64,000 nt of DNA. It comes from Candidatus Lloydbacteria bacterium (lineage in GTDB: Bacteria; Patescibacteriota; Minisyncoccia; Phycocordibacterales; 21-14-all-47-15). The DNA lies in assembly GCA_016214545.1 (NCBI GenBank), contig JACROH010000001.1:189750-253749 (forward strand), written 5' to 3'. The notes beneath the pieces are model-generated. The model was not told the origin of the DNA. It saw only the letters and a list, made by a program, of their open reading frames with translations, and made no database searches. Each line of letters begins with the position of its first letter. Position 1 is the stretch's first letter. Shown piece after piece: positions 9,501 through 18,141 of this stretch. Position numbers and translations under genes: made by a program.

Positions 9501-9697
9501 CGGCGCACACGCTTCGTGAAATGCTCACCATAAAATCCGATGATATTGTCGGTCGATCCGCGGCATTTGATGCAATCGTGAAAGGCGAGTCGATAAAGCA
9601 GACAAACATCCCCGCATCATTCAATGTGCTCCTCAATACGTTGCGAGGACTCGCGCTTGATGTCGAATTACAGAAAGATAAAGGTTCGCTCGATTAA
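6536..9697 (+). CDS. rpoB: DNA-directed RNA polymerase subunit beta
   Basis: Full-length RpoB signatures ([75 protein letters not shown]). ATG 6536 is preferred. Confidence 0.97.
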   Translation: [1053 protein letters not shown]

Positions 9698-9716
9698 TCC
9701 CATATCTAAAACTCTT

Positions 9717-12700
9717 ATGAAAACTTTCAACAATACAAAAGACTTCAACCATATCACGCTCTTGCTTGCATCGCCCGAGCGCATCAAAGAATGGTCATAC
9801 GGGGAAGTGACGAAACCGGAAACGATCAACTATCGTACCGGCAGGAGCGAACGCGGCGGTCTTTTTGACGAACGGATTTTCGGTCCGGAAAAAGATTACG
9901 AATGCTATTGCGGTAAATATCGCCGAATCAGATACAAAGATATTATCTGTGAAAAATGCGGTGTTGAAGTGACGCGGTCTATCGTTCGTCGTGAGCGCAT
10001 GGGGCATATTGAGCTCGCCTTTCCGGTGGCGCATATTTGGTTTTTGCGCGGCATTCCTTCAAAGATGGGGACGCTCCTCGACCTCTCTATCGCCGACCTT
10101 GAAAAGGTGATCTACTTTGCGGGATACATTATCACGAGCGTCAATGAAGACGAAAAAGGAAAAATTTTAAAAGCGCTTGATAATGAATATCGCACAAAAG
10201 TAAAACAAATCACCAAAGAAGAAGACAAAGAAGCGCTGAAAGAAATGCTCTCGGCGGCGAAAAAAGAAGTCGACACGATTGCCCCCGGAAAAGTGATTGA
10301 AGAAGGGCTGTACCATAAATACGTGCTGAAGTATGGGCATGCGTTTGAGGCGGGAATCGGCGCCGAGGCGGTCTACCACATTTTTAAAAATTTAAATCTG
10401 GAGACGCTCAAGGGCAACATAGAAGAGGCGATTGAGCACGCGGGAGCGGCAGACCGCCAGCGGCTTCATAAAAAACTTTCTTTGGTTAAATCGATGATTC
10501 ATTCCGGCGTGCGTCCCGAGTGGATGTTTTTGACGTCCATTCCAGTGACGCCTCCGGCTCTTCGCCCGATGGTGGCGCTTGAAGGGGGCAGACACGCCAC
10601 TTCAGACGTGAACGACCTTTATCGACGGGTTATCAACCGAAACAATCGTCTTAAAAAATTGAAAGAAATCAGCGCGCCGGATGTCATTTTGCGCAATGAA
10701 AAACGTATTTTGCAGGAAGCCGTCGATGCGCTTATCGACAATTCGATACGGCATGGAGTAGGCAGCGGAGGGGCCGCGATAAGCGCGTCGCAAAAACGCG
10801 CTCTGAAATCGCTCTCCGATTCGCTCAAGGGTAAGCACGGTCTTTTCAGGCAAAACTTGCTTGGTAAGCGCGTTGATTATTCCGGACGTTCGGTAATCGT
10901 CGTAGGACCTGATTTGAAACTCCATCAGTGCGGTTTGCCGAAACATATGGCGCTCGAATTATTCAGGCCGTTTGTTATTGCAAAATTGCTCAAAAACGAA
11001 CTCGCCTTTAACATCCGCGGAGCGGGACGCTTGATTGACGAAGGTATCCCCGAAGTGTGGGCGATGCTCGAAGAAGTTATTCGAGACAAATATGTGTTGT
11101 TGAACCGCGCGCCGACATTGCACCGATTGGGTATCCAGGCGTTCCAGCCGGTTCTCATTGAAGGTAATGCTATTCAGGTGCATCCGCTTGTCTGTACCGC
11201 ATTCAACGCAGACTTCGACGGCGACCAAATGGCCGTGCATGTTCCGTTGTCGGAAAAGGCGCAGTATGAAGCGCGAGAGCTTATGTGTGCGGCGAAAAAC
11301 TTGCTCAAGCCGGGAAACGGAAATCCGATTGTGAATCCGCAGCTCGACATGGTGCTCGGATGCTACTGGATGACCAAAATAGTATCCGGAGACAAAGGAG
11401 AAGGATTATTCTTCGCAAGTCCGAACGACGCAATCAGTGCATACGATTTCGGGCGCGTCGGATTCCGCGCAAAAATGAAAGTGATGAGCACCGATAGCCC
11501 GAAATATCAGGCTTTCCAGGGCGGAGTTTTTGAAACATCCGTTGGGCGGCTCCTTTTCAACAGCGTGCTCCCGAAAGATTTTCCCTATATCAACAAAGAA
11601 GTCGACAAAAAAGAGATGGGCAATATTATCGAAGACCTTATCGCCCGCTATGGCATCGATGCGACGCCGCCGGTTCTCGACAAGATCAAGGCCTTCGGTT
11701 ATCGCTACGTCACCAAATCAGGCATTACCTGGGGTATTGATGATGTGAAAGTGCCGAAAGAGAAAAAAGAAATTATTGCCGCAGCGCGCATCAAAGAAAA
11801 TGAAATTTGGAATCAGTACAACGAAGGACTTCTTTCAAACGAAGAGCGCCGCCGAAAGGTGATCGAAGTATGGCAGCAGGTGGTGAGTGAGATTGAAAAA
11901 TGCATACCGGCTACGCTTGAGGTAAACGGCTCTGTCAGTGACATGGTCTCTTCCGGCGCCCGAGGTTCGCTCAAACAAATTGTGCAAATGAGCGGTATGA
12001 AAGGAATCATTGTGAATACGGCCGGTGAAGCGATTGATTTTCCGGTTATTCCTTCGAACAAAGAAGGATTGTCGCCGCTCGAGTATTTCATCACGACGCA
12101 CGGTTCAAGAAAAGGACTCGCAGACACCGCATTGAACACCGCAAAAGCGGGGTATCTTACCCGTCGTCTCGTTGACGTGTCGCAGGATGTCGTAATTACC
12201 GAAGAAGATTGCGGGACCAAAGAAGCGATTACGGTTACCGCCGAAGACGTATCCGGTATTCATGTTCCTCTGTCGCGCAACGTGCGCGGGCGCGTGCTTG
12301 CGGAAGATGTTACGGAAGAAAATGGCGAGCTGCTCTACAAGCGCGGAATGCTCGTTACCAAGGAAATGGCGCATGAGATAGAGAAGCGCCATATTGTTTC
12401 AGCCCGTGTTCGATCTCCGCTCCGCTGCACCTCATCAGTCGGCATCTGCAGAAAATGTTACGGTCTTGATTTAGGAAGAAACAACCTTGTCGCCTTGGGC
12501 GAAGCGGTCGGGATTATTGCGGCGCAGGCAATCGGTGAGCCGGGCACGCAGCTTACGATGCGTACCTTCCACTCGGGAGGAATTGCTTCGGTTGGAGGCG
12601 ACATCACCATGGGTTTGCCGCGCGTTGAAGAAATTTTTGAACGAAGAAGTCCGAAGACGCCGGCGGTGGTCAGCTCTTCCGACGGCGAAGTGCTCGAGGT

Positions 12701-13385
12701 GTCCTCAAAGAGCAAAGAGCATACCATTACCGTCTTGTCGGATGCGCCGGCGAAAAAGGGAGAGAAAAAAGGCAGCACGATAGAATACGAAATACCGTTT
12801 CGCCGAATGCCTATTGTGGCCGCGGGAGACAAAATCAAAAAGGGCGATTTGCTAACGGACGGACAGGCCGACATTTCGGATATCTTCAAATACGGAGGAA
12901 CCGAACGCGCCGAGAACTACATCATTCATGAAATGAACAAAGTGTATGAATTGCAGGGAGCCTCAATTTCAAGGAAGCATATCGAGGTAATCATTCGCCA
13001 AATGTTTTCACGAAAGCGCGTGAAAGACCCGGGCGACACCAGATTCGGTGCCGGAGAGATTGTAGAAACGGCGGAGCTTCTCAAAGAGAACAAAGACGTA
13101 ACGGAATCCGGCGGAGAAGGGGCAAAAGCCGAACCGGTACTGCTCGGTATTTCCGAAGTTTCTCTCACAACGCAGAGCTTCTTGTCTGCGGCGTCGTTCC
13201 AATACACCTCGCGCACTCTTATAAACACGGCGATAAGCGGCGGTAGCGATCGATTGCGAGGATTGAAAGAAAACGTCATTATCGGACGCTTGATACCGGC
13301 GGGTACCGGATTCCGCGCCCATGCGGCACAGCACGATGAAGGAGCGGACGAAGAAGAAAACGACGATACATCGGCGGGAGAATAG
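9717..13385 (+). CDS. rpoC: DNA-directed RNA polymerase subunit beta'
   Basis: Zn-finger [23 protein letters not shown], catalytic [28 protein letters not shown] 9717 lies 20 nt after the rpoB stop. Confidence 0.97.
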   Translation: MKTFNNTKDFNHITLLLASPERIKEWSYGEVTKPETINYRTGRSERGGLFDERIFGPEKDYECYCGKYRRIRYKDIICEKCGVEVTRSIVRRERMGHIELAFPVAHIWFLRGIPSKMGTLLDLSIADLEKVIYFAGYIITSVNEDEKGKILKALDNEYRTKVKQITKEEDKEALKEMLSAAKKEVDTIAPGKVIEEGLYHKYVLKYGHAFEAGIGAEAVYHIFKNLNLETLKGNIEEAIEHAGAADRQRLHKKLSLVKSMIHSGVRPEWMFLTSIPVTPPALRPMVALEGGRHATSDVNDLYRRVINRNNRLKKLKEISAPDVILRNEKRILQEAVDALIDNSIRHGVGSGGAAISASQKRALKSLSDSLKGKHGLFRQNLLGKRVDYSGRSVIVVGPDLKLHQCGLPKHMALELFRPFVIAKLLKNELAFNIRGAGRLIDEGIPEVWAMLEEVIRDKYVLLNRAPTLHRLGIQAFQPVLIEGNAIQVHPLVCTAFNADFDGDQMAVHVPLSEKAQYEARELMCAAKNLLKPGNGNPIVNPQLDMVLGCYWMTKIVSGDKGEGLFFASPNDAISAYDFGRVGFRAKMKVMSTDSPKYQAFQGGVFETSVGRLLFNSVLPKDFPYINKEVDKKEMGNIIEDLIARYGIDATPPVLDKIKAFGYRYVTKSGITWGIDDVKVPKEKKEIIAAARIKENEIWNQYNEGLLSNEERRRKVIEVWQQVVSEIEKCIPATLEVNGSVSDMVSSGARGSLKQIVQMSGMKGIIVNTAGEAIDFPVIPSNKEGLSPLEYFITTHGSRKGLADTALNTAKAGYLTRRLVDVSQDVVITEEDCGTKEAITVTAEDVSGIHVPLSRNVRGRVLAEDVTEENGELLYKRGMLVTKEMAHEIEKRHIVSARVRSPLRCTSSVGICRKCYGLDLGRNNLVALGEAVGIIAAQAIGEPGTQLTMRTFHSGGIASVGGDITMGLPRVEEIFERRSPKTPAVVSSSDGEVLEVSSKSKEHTITVLSDAPAKKGEKKGSTIEYEIPFRRMPIVAAGDKIKKGDLLTDGQADISDIFKYGGTERAENYIIHEMNKVYELQGASISRKHIEVIIRQMFSRKRVKDPGDTRFGAGEIVETAELLKENKDVTESGGEGAKAEPVLLGISEVSLTTQSFLSAASFQYTSRTLINTAISGGSDRLRGLKENVIIGRLIPAGTGFRAHAAQHDEGADEEENDDTSAGE

Positions 13386-13407
13386 CGCAACAGACTCTTA
13401 AATCAAT

Positions 13408-15141
13408 ATGAGCTCATCAACCGTTGAACAAATTAAAGAACGGTTAAGCATCACAGACGTCGTTGAGTCGTATGTGAAGTTGGGGCGGGCGGGAAGCAGC
13501 ATAAAAGCGCTTTGCCCGTTTCATTCCGAAAAGACACCCTCTTTTATCGTCTCGCCCGTTCGAGGGACATTCCATTGCTTTGGATGCGGAAAAGGCGGCG
13601 ATATTTTCACGTTCGTACAGGAAATAGAGGGGCTTCCATTTTCAGGCGCCCTCAAGCTTTTGGCAGAACGCGCGGGAGTCGAACTCTCTTCATACGATAA
13701 AAAAGAACACTCTGAAAAAGAACTTTTATACGCTGTTTTGGAAACGGCTACCCGTTTTTTTGAAGAAAAGCTTGCACAAAACCAAAAGGCTATAGAGTAT
13801 CTGTTGTCCCGTAAAATAGACAAAAATACCATTGCATTATTTCGAATCGGATATGCGCCAAATGAATGGAGGGTCGCGTACGATTTTTTGAAAAAACAGG
13901 GATTTTCCGACGGAGTAATTGAAAAAGCCGGACTCATAATTCCCAATCCAAAAGGGTATTACGACCGATTCAGGGGAAGAATTATGTTTCCCATTTTTGA
14001 TTATTCCGGAAGAATTATCGCTTTTTCAGGTAGGGTATTTGATTCGGAAGAATCGCACGGCGGAAAATATGTCAATTCGCCGGCTACGCCTCTCTATGAT
14101 AAATCGCATGCATTGTATGGCTACGACAAGGCCAAAACAGAAATGAAGAAAACAAATACGTGCATTTTGGTCGAGGGACAAGTAGACCTCATTTTGTCTC
14201 ATCAGGCCGGATTTTCAAACACCGTTGCCGTCTCGGGCACGGCGCTTACCGTCAACCATCTCCAGGCCATCCGACGGTTCGCGGATACGGTTGTCTTTGC
14301 CTTTGACGCCGACCAGGCAGGTATTGGCGCGCTTGAGCGGGGGATGATGCACGCGCTCGAATTTGGCATGGATAGCAAGGTGGTCGCCCTTCCGGACGGC
14401 TCGGACCCTGCGGATGTCATAGGGCGTGACGTATCATTGTGGAGAACGCTTGTGGGGGAGGCAAAACATGTTGTTGATTTTTATTTGGCGCTCTTTCAGC
14501 GTGAACACAAGGAAGAGCGAACATTGCGCGCGTCTATCGAGCGGCGCGTCATACCGTATCTGGCGCGGATAAAAAGCAGCATTGACCGCGCTCAATTTGT
14601 CGCAAAAATTGCCCGCTTGCTTGGGGTGGGCGAAGAGCCGGTGTGGGAAGAAGTCCGCCGGGCGGCGGCAGGTTTTAAAAAAGAACCGCTCGACGAAGCA
14701 GGAATAAAAAAGCCGCAAGCGGGGGCTCTCCGCAGGGCGAAGATAGAACGCAAGCTCCTGGGGATTATTTTCTGGCAGGAAAGCTCCAATGACGCTATGA
14801 TAGAAACAAGCAAAATGAAAGACGCCTATAGGCGTATTGTGGGAGAAGATCGTTATGCGGGCGCCATAGCTCTCGACACGGCGAAAAAGAACGAATATAT
14901 CTTTGAAGCCGAACAACTGACTCCGGAACCGGAGGAACATGCATTAAAAAAAGAAGTTGAAGAGCTCCTCGTTAATCTTGAGCTTGCCTGTTTGGCGGAA
15001 GCGCGGGAGCGGGTGGCTCTTTTGCTCCGTCGTGCCGAACGGGAACAGAGCCCCCTGCAGGCGGAAGACCTGCTCAAGGAATACCAGCGCCTAACGACAC
15101 GCATCGAGGCACTTATTAGCGACGTAGAGCGAGTGAAATGA
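13408..15141 (+). CDS. dnaG: DNA primase
   Basis: Zn finger CPFHSEKTPSF..HCFGCGKGGD. TOPRIM strings EGQVDLI and FDADQAG. The last codons run into repeat E1. Confidence 0.92.
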   Translation: MSSSTVEQIKERLSITDVVESYVKLGRAGSSIKALCPFHSEKTPSFIVSPVRGTFHCFGCGKGGDIFTFVQEIEGLPFSGALKLLAERAGVELSSYDKKEHSEKELLYAVLETATRFFEEKLAQNQKAIEYLLSRKIDKNTIALFRIGYAPNEWRVAYDFLKKQGFSDGVIEKAGLIIPNPKGYYDRFRGRIMFPIFDYSGRIIAFSGRVFDSEESHGGKYVNSPATPLYDKSHALYGYDKAKTEMKKTNTCILVEGQVDLILSHQAGFSNTVAVSGTALTVNHLQAIRRFADTVVFAFDADQAGIGALERGMMHALEFGMDSKVVALPDGSDPADVIGRDVSLWRTLVGEAKHVVDFYLALFQREHKEERTLRASIERRVIPYLARIKSSIDRAQFVAKIARLLGVGEEPVWEEVRRAAAGFKKEPLDEAGIKKPQAGALRRAKIERKLLGIIFWQESSNDAMIETSKMKDAYRRIVGEDRYAGAIALDTAKKNEYIFEAEQLTPEPEEHALKKEVEELLVNLELACLAEARERVALLLRRAEREQSPLQAEDLLKEYQRLTTRIEALISDVERVK

Positions 15142-15176
15142 AAAAGCACACTTTTTCATTTCCAAGCCGAGGAGCT
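15113..15176 (+). repeat. Copy 1 of a 64-nt conserved hairpin element (E element)
   Basis: TTATTAGCGACGTAGAGCGAGTGAAATG-[loop]-CATTTCCAAGCCGAGGAGCT. The second copy is at 56103-56165. Confidence 0.8.
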
Positions 15177-15219
15177 TTTATGAATTTTGAAAAAACGAAA
15201 ATATAATCAACTATTTATT

Positions 15220-16494
15220 ATGCTAAAACACAACACGGCAAAAAAAACACGTCCCGCCAAGCGCTCTCTTGCGAAATCAAAAGCAAGCAAGGCAAAACAG
15301 AAAAAAAGGGAAGATACCGCAAAAAACAAAGAAGCGCGGGCGTCCAGCAGAAAAAAGCAAAAAGCGCTAATGCTTAAAGCGCGGACGACCACTTCTGCCG
15401 ACGTATCGCATAAAAAACAAAAACACGATAAACGTTCCGTCGAGGAGAAAGTCGCCGAGCTCATTTCAAAAGGGAAAGAACGGAAATTTATTACTTACGC
15501 CGAATTATTGAAAGCGTTTCCATATATAGAAGACGACATCTCGTTTCTCGACCGTCTGTATGACCGTTTTTCCGAAGTGGGAATTGGAGTCGTCGACGGG
15601 GGAGATTTGCTTGAAGACGCCAAAAAAGAAAAGCCGCTCGGAAGATACGAATACACCAAAGACGGGTCATACGATTCCGTCCAGATGTATTTGAAAGAAA
15701 TCGGCCGATATACGCTTTTGTCGGGCGCGGAAGAAAAAGAGCTCGCCAAACGCATAGAAAAAGGCGATGAAGAGGCTCGCTCAATGCTCGCAAAGGCAAA
15801 CTTGCGTCTGGTAGTTTCCATTGCAAAAAAATATATCGGCAGAAGCCACGACATGACGCTGCTCGATTTGATACAAGAGGGTAACCTCGGGCTTTTCAAA
15901 GCGGTTGAAAAATTCGATTGGACCAAAGGATATAAATTTTCAACGTACGCCACGTGGTGGATACGGCAGGCGATTACCCGGGCGCTCGCCGACCAATCGC
16001 GTACCATTCGTATTCCGGTGCACATGGTTGAAACGATTGCAAAATACAAAAAAATCGCCAGACGGCTTGCGCAAGATCTCGGGCGCGACCCATTGCCCGA
16101 AGAAGTGGCCATGGAGATGGGGATAGAGGTTGATAAAATTCATACCATTCAGCAAATTGACCAAGACACGATTTCACTTGAAAAGCCGGTTGACGATGAG
16201 GATGAAAAATCAACGCTCGGCGATTTCATCCCCGATGAAAAAATTTTGTCTCCCGACCAGGAATCATCTCGGAGAATCTTGTCCGACCAGGTGAAAGAAA
16301 TTCTTGACGACCTGACCCCCAAAGAGCGAAAAATTCTTGAAATGCGGCACGGCTTGACCGATGGCATCGTGCACACGCTTGAAGAAGTGGGCAAAGAATT
16401 CGGCGTGACTCGTGAGCGCATCCGCCAGATTGAAGCGAAAGCTCATGAAAAAATCCGCCAGCACCAGAAATCAAACCGCCTGCGGAATTACTAA
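15220..16494 (+). CDS. rpoD: Primary RNA polymerase sigma factor with basic N-terminal tail
   Basis: Region 2 [13 protein letters not shown], region 4 [23 protein letters not shown] 15220 is preferred (the track start at 15187 is TTG). Confidence 0.92.
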   Translation: MLKHNTAKKTRPAKRSLAKSKASKAKQKKREDTAKNKEARASSRKKQKALMLKARTTTSADVSHKKQKHDKRSVEEKVAELISKGKERKFITYAELLKAFPYIEDDISFLDRLYDRFSEVGIGVVDGGDLLEDAKKEKPLGRYEYTKDGSYDSVQMYLKEIGRYTLLSGAEEKELAKRIEKGDEEARSMLAKANLRLVVSIAKKYIGRSHDMTLLDLIQEGNLGLFKAVEKFDWTKGYKFSTYATWWIRQAITRALADQSRTIRIPVHMVETIAKYKKIARRLAQDLGRDPLPEEVAMEMGIEVDKIHTIQQIDQDTISLEKPVDDEDEKSTLGDFIPDEKILSPDQESSRRILSDQVKEILDDLTPKERKILEMRHGLTDGIVHTLEEVGKEFGVTRERIRQIEAKAHEKIRQHQKSNRLRNY

Positions 16495-16507
16495 AACAGA
16501 GGAATAG

Positions 16508-16544
16508 AAAAATGCCCGACCTTTCTAAAAAGTCGGGCATTTTG
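16508..16544. terminator. Bidirectional intrinsic terminator after rpoD
   Basis: ATGCCCGAC-N11-GTCGGGCAT flanked by an A-run and a T-run. Confidence 0.85.
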
Positions 16545-16549
16545 GGAAA

Positions 16550-16966
16550 TTAATAAGGGATTATTTCTCCGGAGGCGGTTCTTACGCGTGATATCGTTTC
16601 CTCTCTTGTGAGGGAAACGCCTCTCGATAGGCTGAGTGCCGTAATGTCGCCGCTAGGAACAATCATCCAAATAGGCCATCCTTTGTCGGCAATAAATTTT
16701 GCTTCCATGAATACTCCGGATGGCCACGCGCCGTCACGAAATGGAAGGAAAATGCCGCCGTGGCAATTTGGAAGGACTTGTTTTATGAAGTAATTCATTC
16801 CGGTCCCGGTCGTTTCTTTCCAGCGTTCGTATTGTTCTTGGTGGTGTTGTTGGTTTGGATTTTCGATTTCCCAACTGGGGAATGACAAAGAAATTTTCCG
16901 TAAAAGCCGTTCTTCAAGAGTGGTGTTGTATGTGTTGATTGGATGACCGAAATAGAGCCTTGGCAT
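16550..16966 (-). CDS. Hypothetical protein, tentatively nucleoside 2-deoxyribosyltransferase-like fold
   Basis: AGGAGA RBS. N-terminal RLYFGHPI and later GVFMEAKFIADKGWPIWMI resemble the YxAGP ... E.G.A...GKP pattern of NDT-like proteins. The assignment is weak. Confidence 0.4.
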   Translation of the reverse strand: MPRLYFGHPINTYNTTLEERLLRKISLSFPSWEIENPNQQHHQEQYERWKETTGTGMNYFIKQVLPNCHGGIFLPFRDGAWPSGVFMEAKFIADKGWPIWMIVPSGDITALSLSRGVSLTREETISRVRTASGEIIPY

Positions 16967-16994
16967 CTGGGTTCTCCTGCTATGGGTTTGTGTT

Positions 16995-17288
16995 TTAGCT
17001 TTTTCTGCCCGGACGGATGGAATTAAGCATCCTCAAAATCCGGTTTCTCATTGCTTCTCTGGCAGATAGCCCTGGGGCTGTTTGCCCCGTCCTCCACCGA
17101 AGCATTGTTTGCCGTGAACATGAAAATTCTTTACACAATTGCTCTCTGCTTAAGCCGGCATCGAGCGCTTGCGTAATTATAAGAGCCCAATTTTTTTCAT
17201 CTCCAGTATCTAGCTTACCGATACTCTGTATATATGACTCAATCAGCTCGTTTAGCGTTTCTATGTTTGATTTTCTTGCCGCATTCAT
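16995..17288 (-). CDS. Small helix-turn-helix protein (97 aa)
   Basis: Strong RBS GAGGAGGAG. HTH-like LSREQLCKEFSCSRQTMLRWRTGQTAP. Lies 28 nt upstream of the NDT-like gene on the same strand. Confidence 0.6.
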   Translation of the reverse strand: MNAARKSNIETLNELIESYIQSIGKLDTGDEKNWALIITQALDAGLSREQLCKEFSCSRQTMLRWRTGQTAPGLSAREAMRNRILRMLNSIRPGRKS

Positions 17289-17370
17289 ATATCACTCCTC
17301 CTCTTGTCCTGTCGTATGTTTGATGAACTGCCCGCTGCTATTTGATATGAAAATAAATAAAAAGTCAAGA

Positions 17371-17534
17371 AAAGAAAAAGCCCCACCAGCTAGTCCTTTG
17401 TCGGAGTGGGTCTCCGCTCAAAGTCTAGTGGTGAGGCTTGGGTATTTGTCGGGGCGGTAGGGTTTTTACCTACGTCTCTTGTCCTTTCTCGACAAGCGCT
17501 CTGGATCCGAGCTGCACCCCCGAGACGTATTGGT
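17371..17534 (-). ncRNA. Candidate structured RNA or long structured 3' UTR (family unknown)
   Basis: GC-rich intergenic segment. A 58-nt, ~23-bp extended hairpin (17380-17437) is followed on the minus strand by CUUUUUCUUUU. One stem position is G-U on the minus strand but C-A on the plus strand. Further hairpins lie at 17457-17473, 17478-17496 and 17498-17512. Confidence 0.3.
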
Positions 17535-17960
17535 TTAGGGTCGTTCCTCGGCCACGGTGCAAAGTTTAGATTCAGATTTACCACTTGAGTCGAATGAATT
17601 TAAGAGACGAAAATCTTCTCCATTAAACACGAACTTCAGCGTTTCCATAAACATGCGGTCATCGACCAAGTGTTTCCCGAGATAATACTGGGTCATGGAA
17701 AAATCTTTGCTGCGGAACATGGTCCATGTTTCTCCACTGGAAATCGTTGTTATGAGAGAAACAATATAGTCTCCGTTGGACCAATTTTCCATCTTGAAGT
17801 TGGCGGGATTTCCGCTACTCCTTATGCAAGAAATAGATTTGTGTTCCTCCCATTTCTTAAAATCAGGAAGTGGCTCCGTTGCCGTGGCTATTAAGGGGGA
17901 AACCAGGGAAGCCGCAAAAATAGCGGTACTTATAAGCATTACCAGGCATCTTTTCATCAT
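17535..17960 (-). CDS. Secreted hypothetical protein (141 aa)
   Basis: Signal-peptide-like N-terminus MMKRCLVMLISTAIFAASLVSPLIATA. Confidence 0.6.
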   Translation of the reverse strand: MMKRCLVMLISTAIFAASLVSPLIATATEPLPDFKKWEEHKSISCIRSSGNPANFKMENWSNGDYIVSLITTISSGETWTMFRSKDFSMTQYYLGKHLVDDRMFMETLKFVFNGEDFRLLNSFDSSGKSESKLCTVAEERP

Positions 17961-18141
17961 CGTTACCTCCTCGTATTGTTAAGGGACTTAACCTGCAAAT
18001 AAGGTGACATTTTATAGAATTTTTGTCAATTGTTTTAATAAATTTTCAAAAAAATAACATTGATTGGCAAAGCTTTTAGAATTTAAGTAGTGCCGTGGGT
18101 ATCAGTGTACAATTCGTCATATTTTATGTATAGTGTCAACA

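Noticed and set aside
9624-9716. Upstream extensions of the rpoC (9624) and rpoB (6506) track ORFs
   Set aside because: The extensions overlap the preceding gene or leader and are not part of the conserved N-termini. ATG 9717 and ATG 6536 give canonical starts.
17371-17534. Possibility that the structured intergenic RNA is tmRNA, RNase P RNA, SRP RNA or a retron msr/msd
   Set aside because: There is no GGGG...CCACCA tRNA-like ends or tag reading frame. There is no GAGGAAAGTCC or ACAGAACCCGGCTTA-type RNase P strings, and no GGAA-tetraloop or AGCAGCC SRP helix-8 motif. It is too short for RNase P or tmRNA, and no reverse transcriptase is nearby. It is kept only as an unknown candidate.
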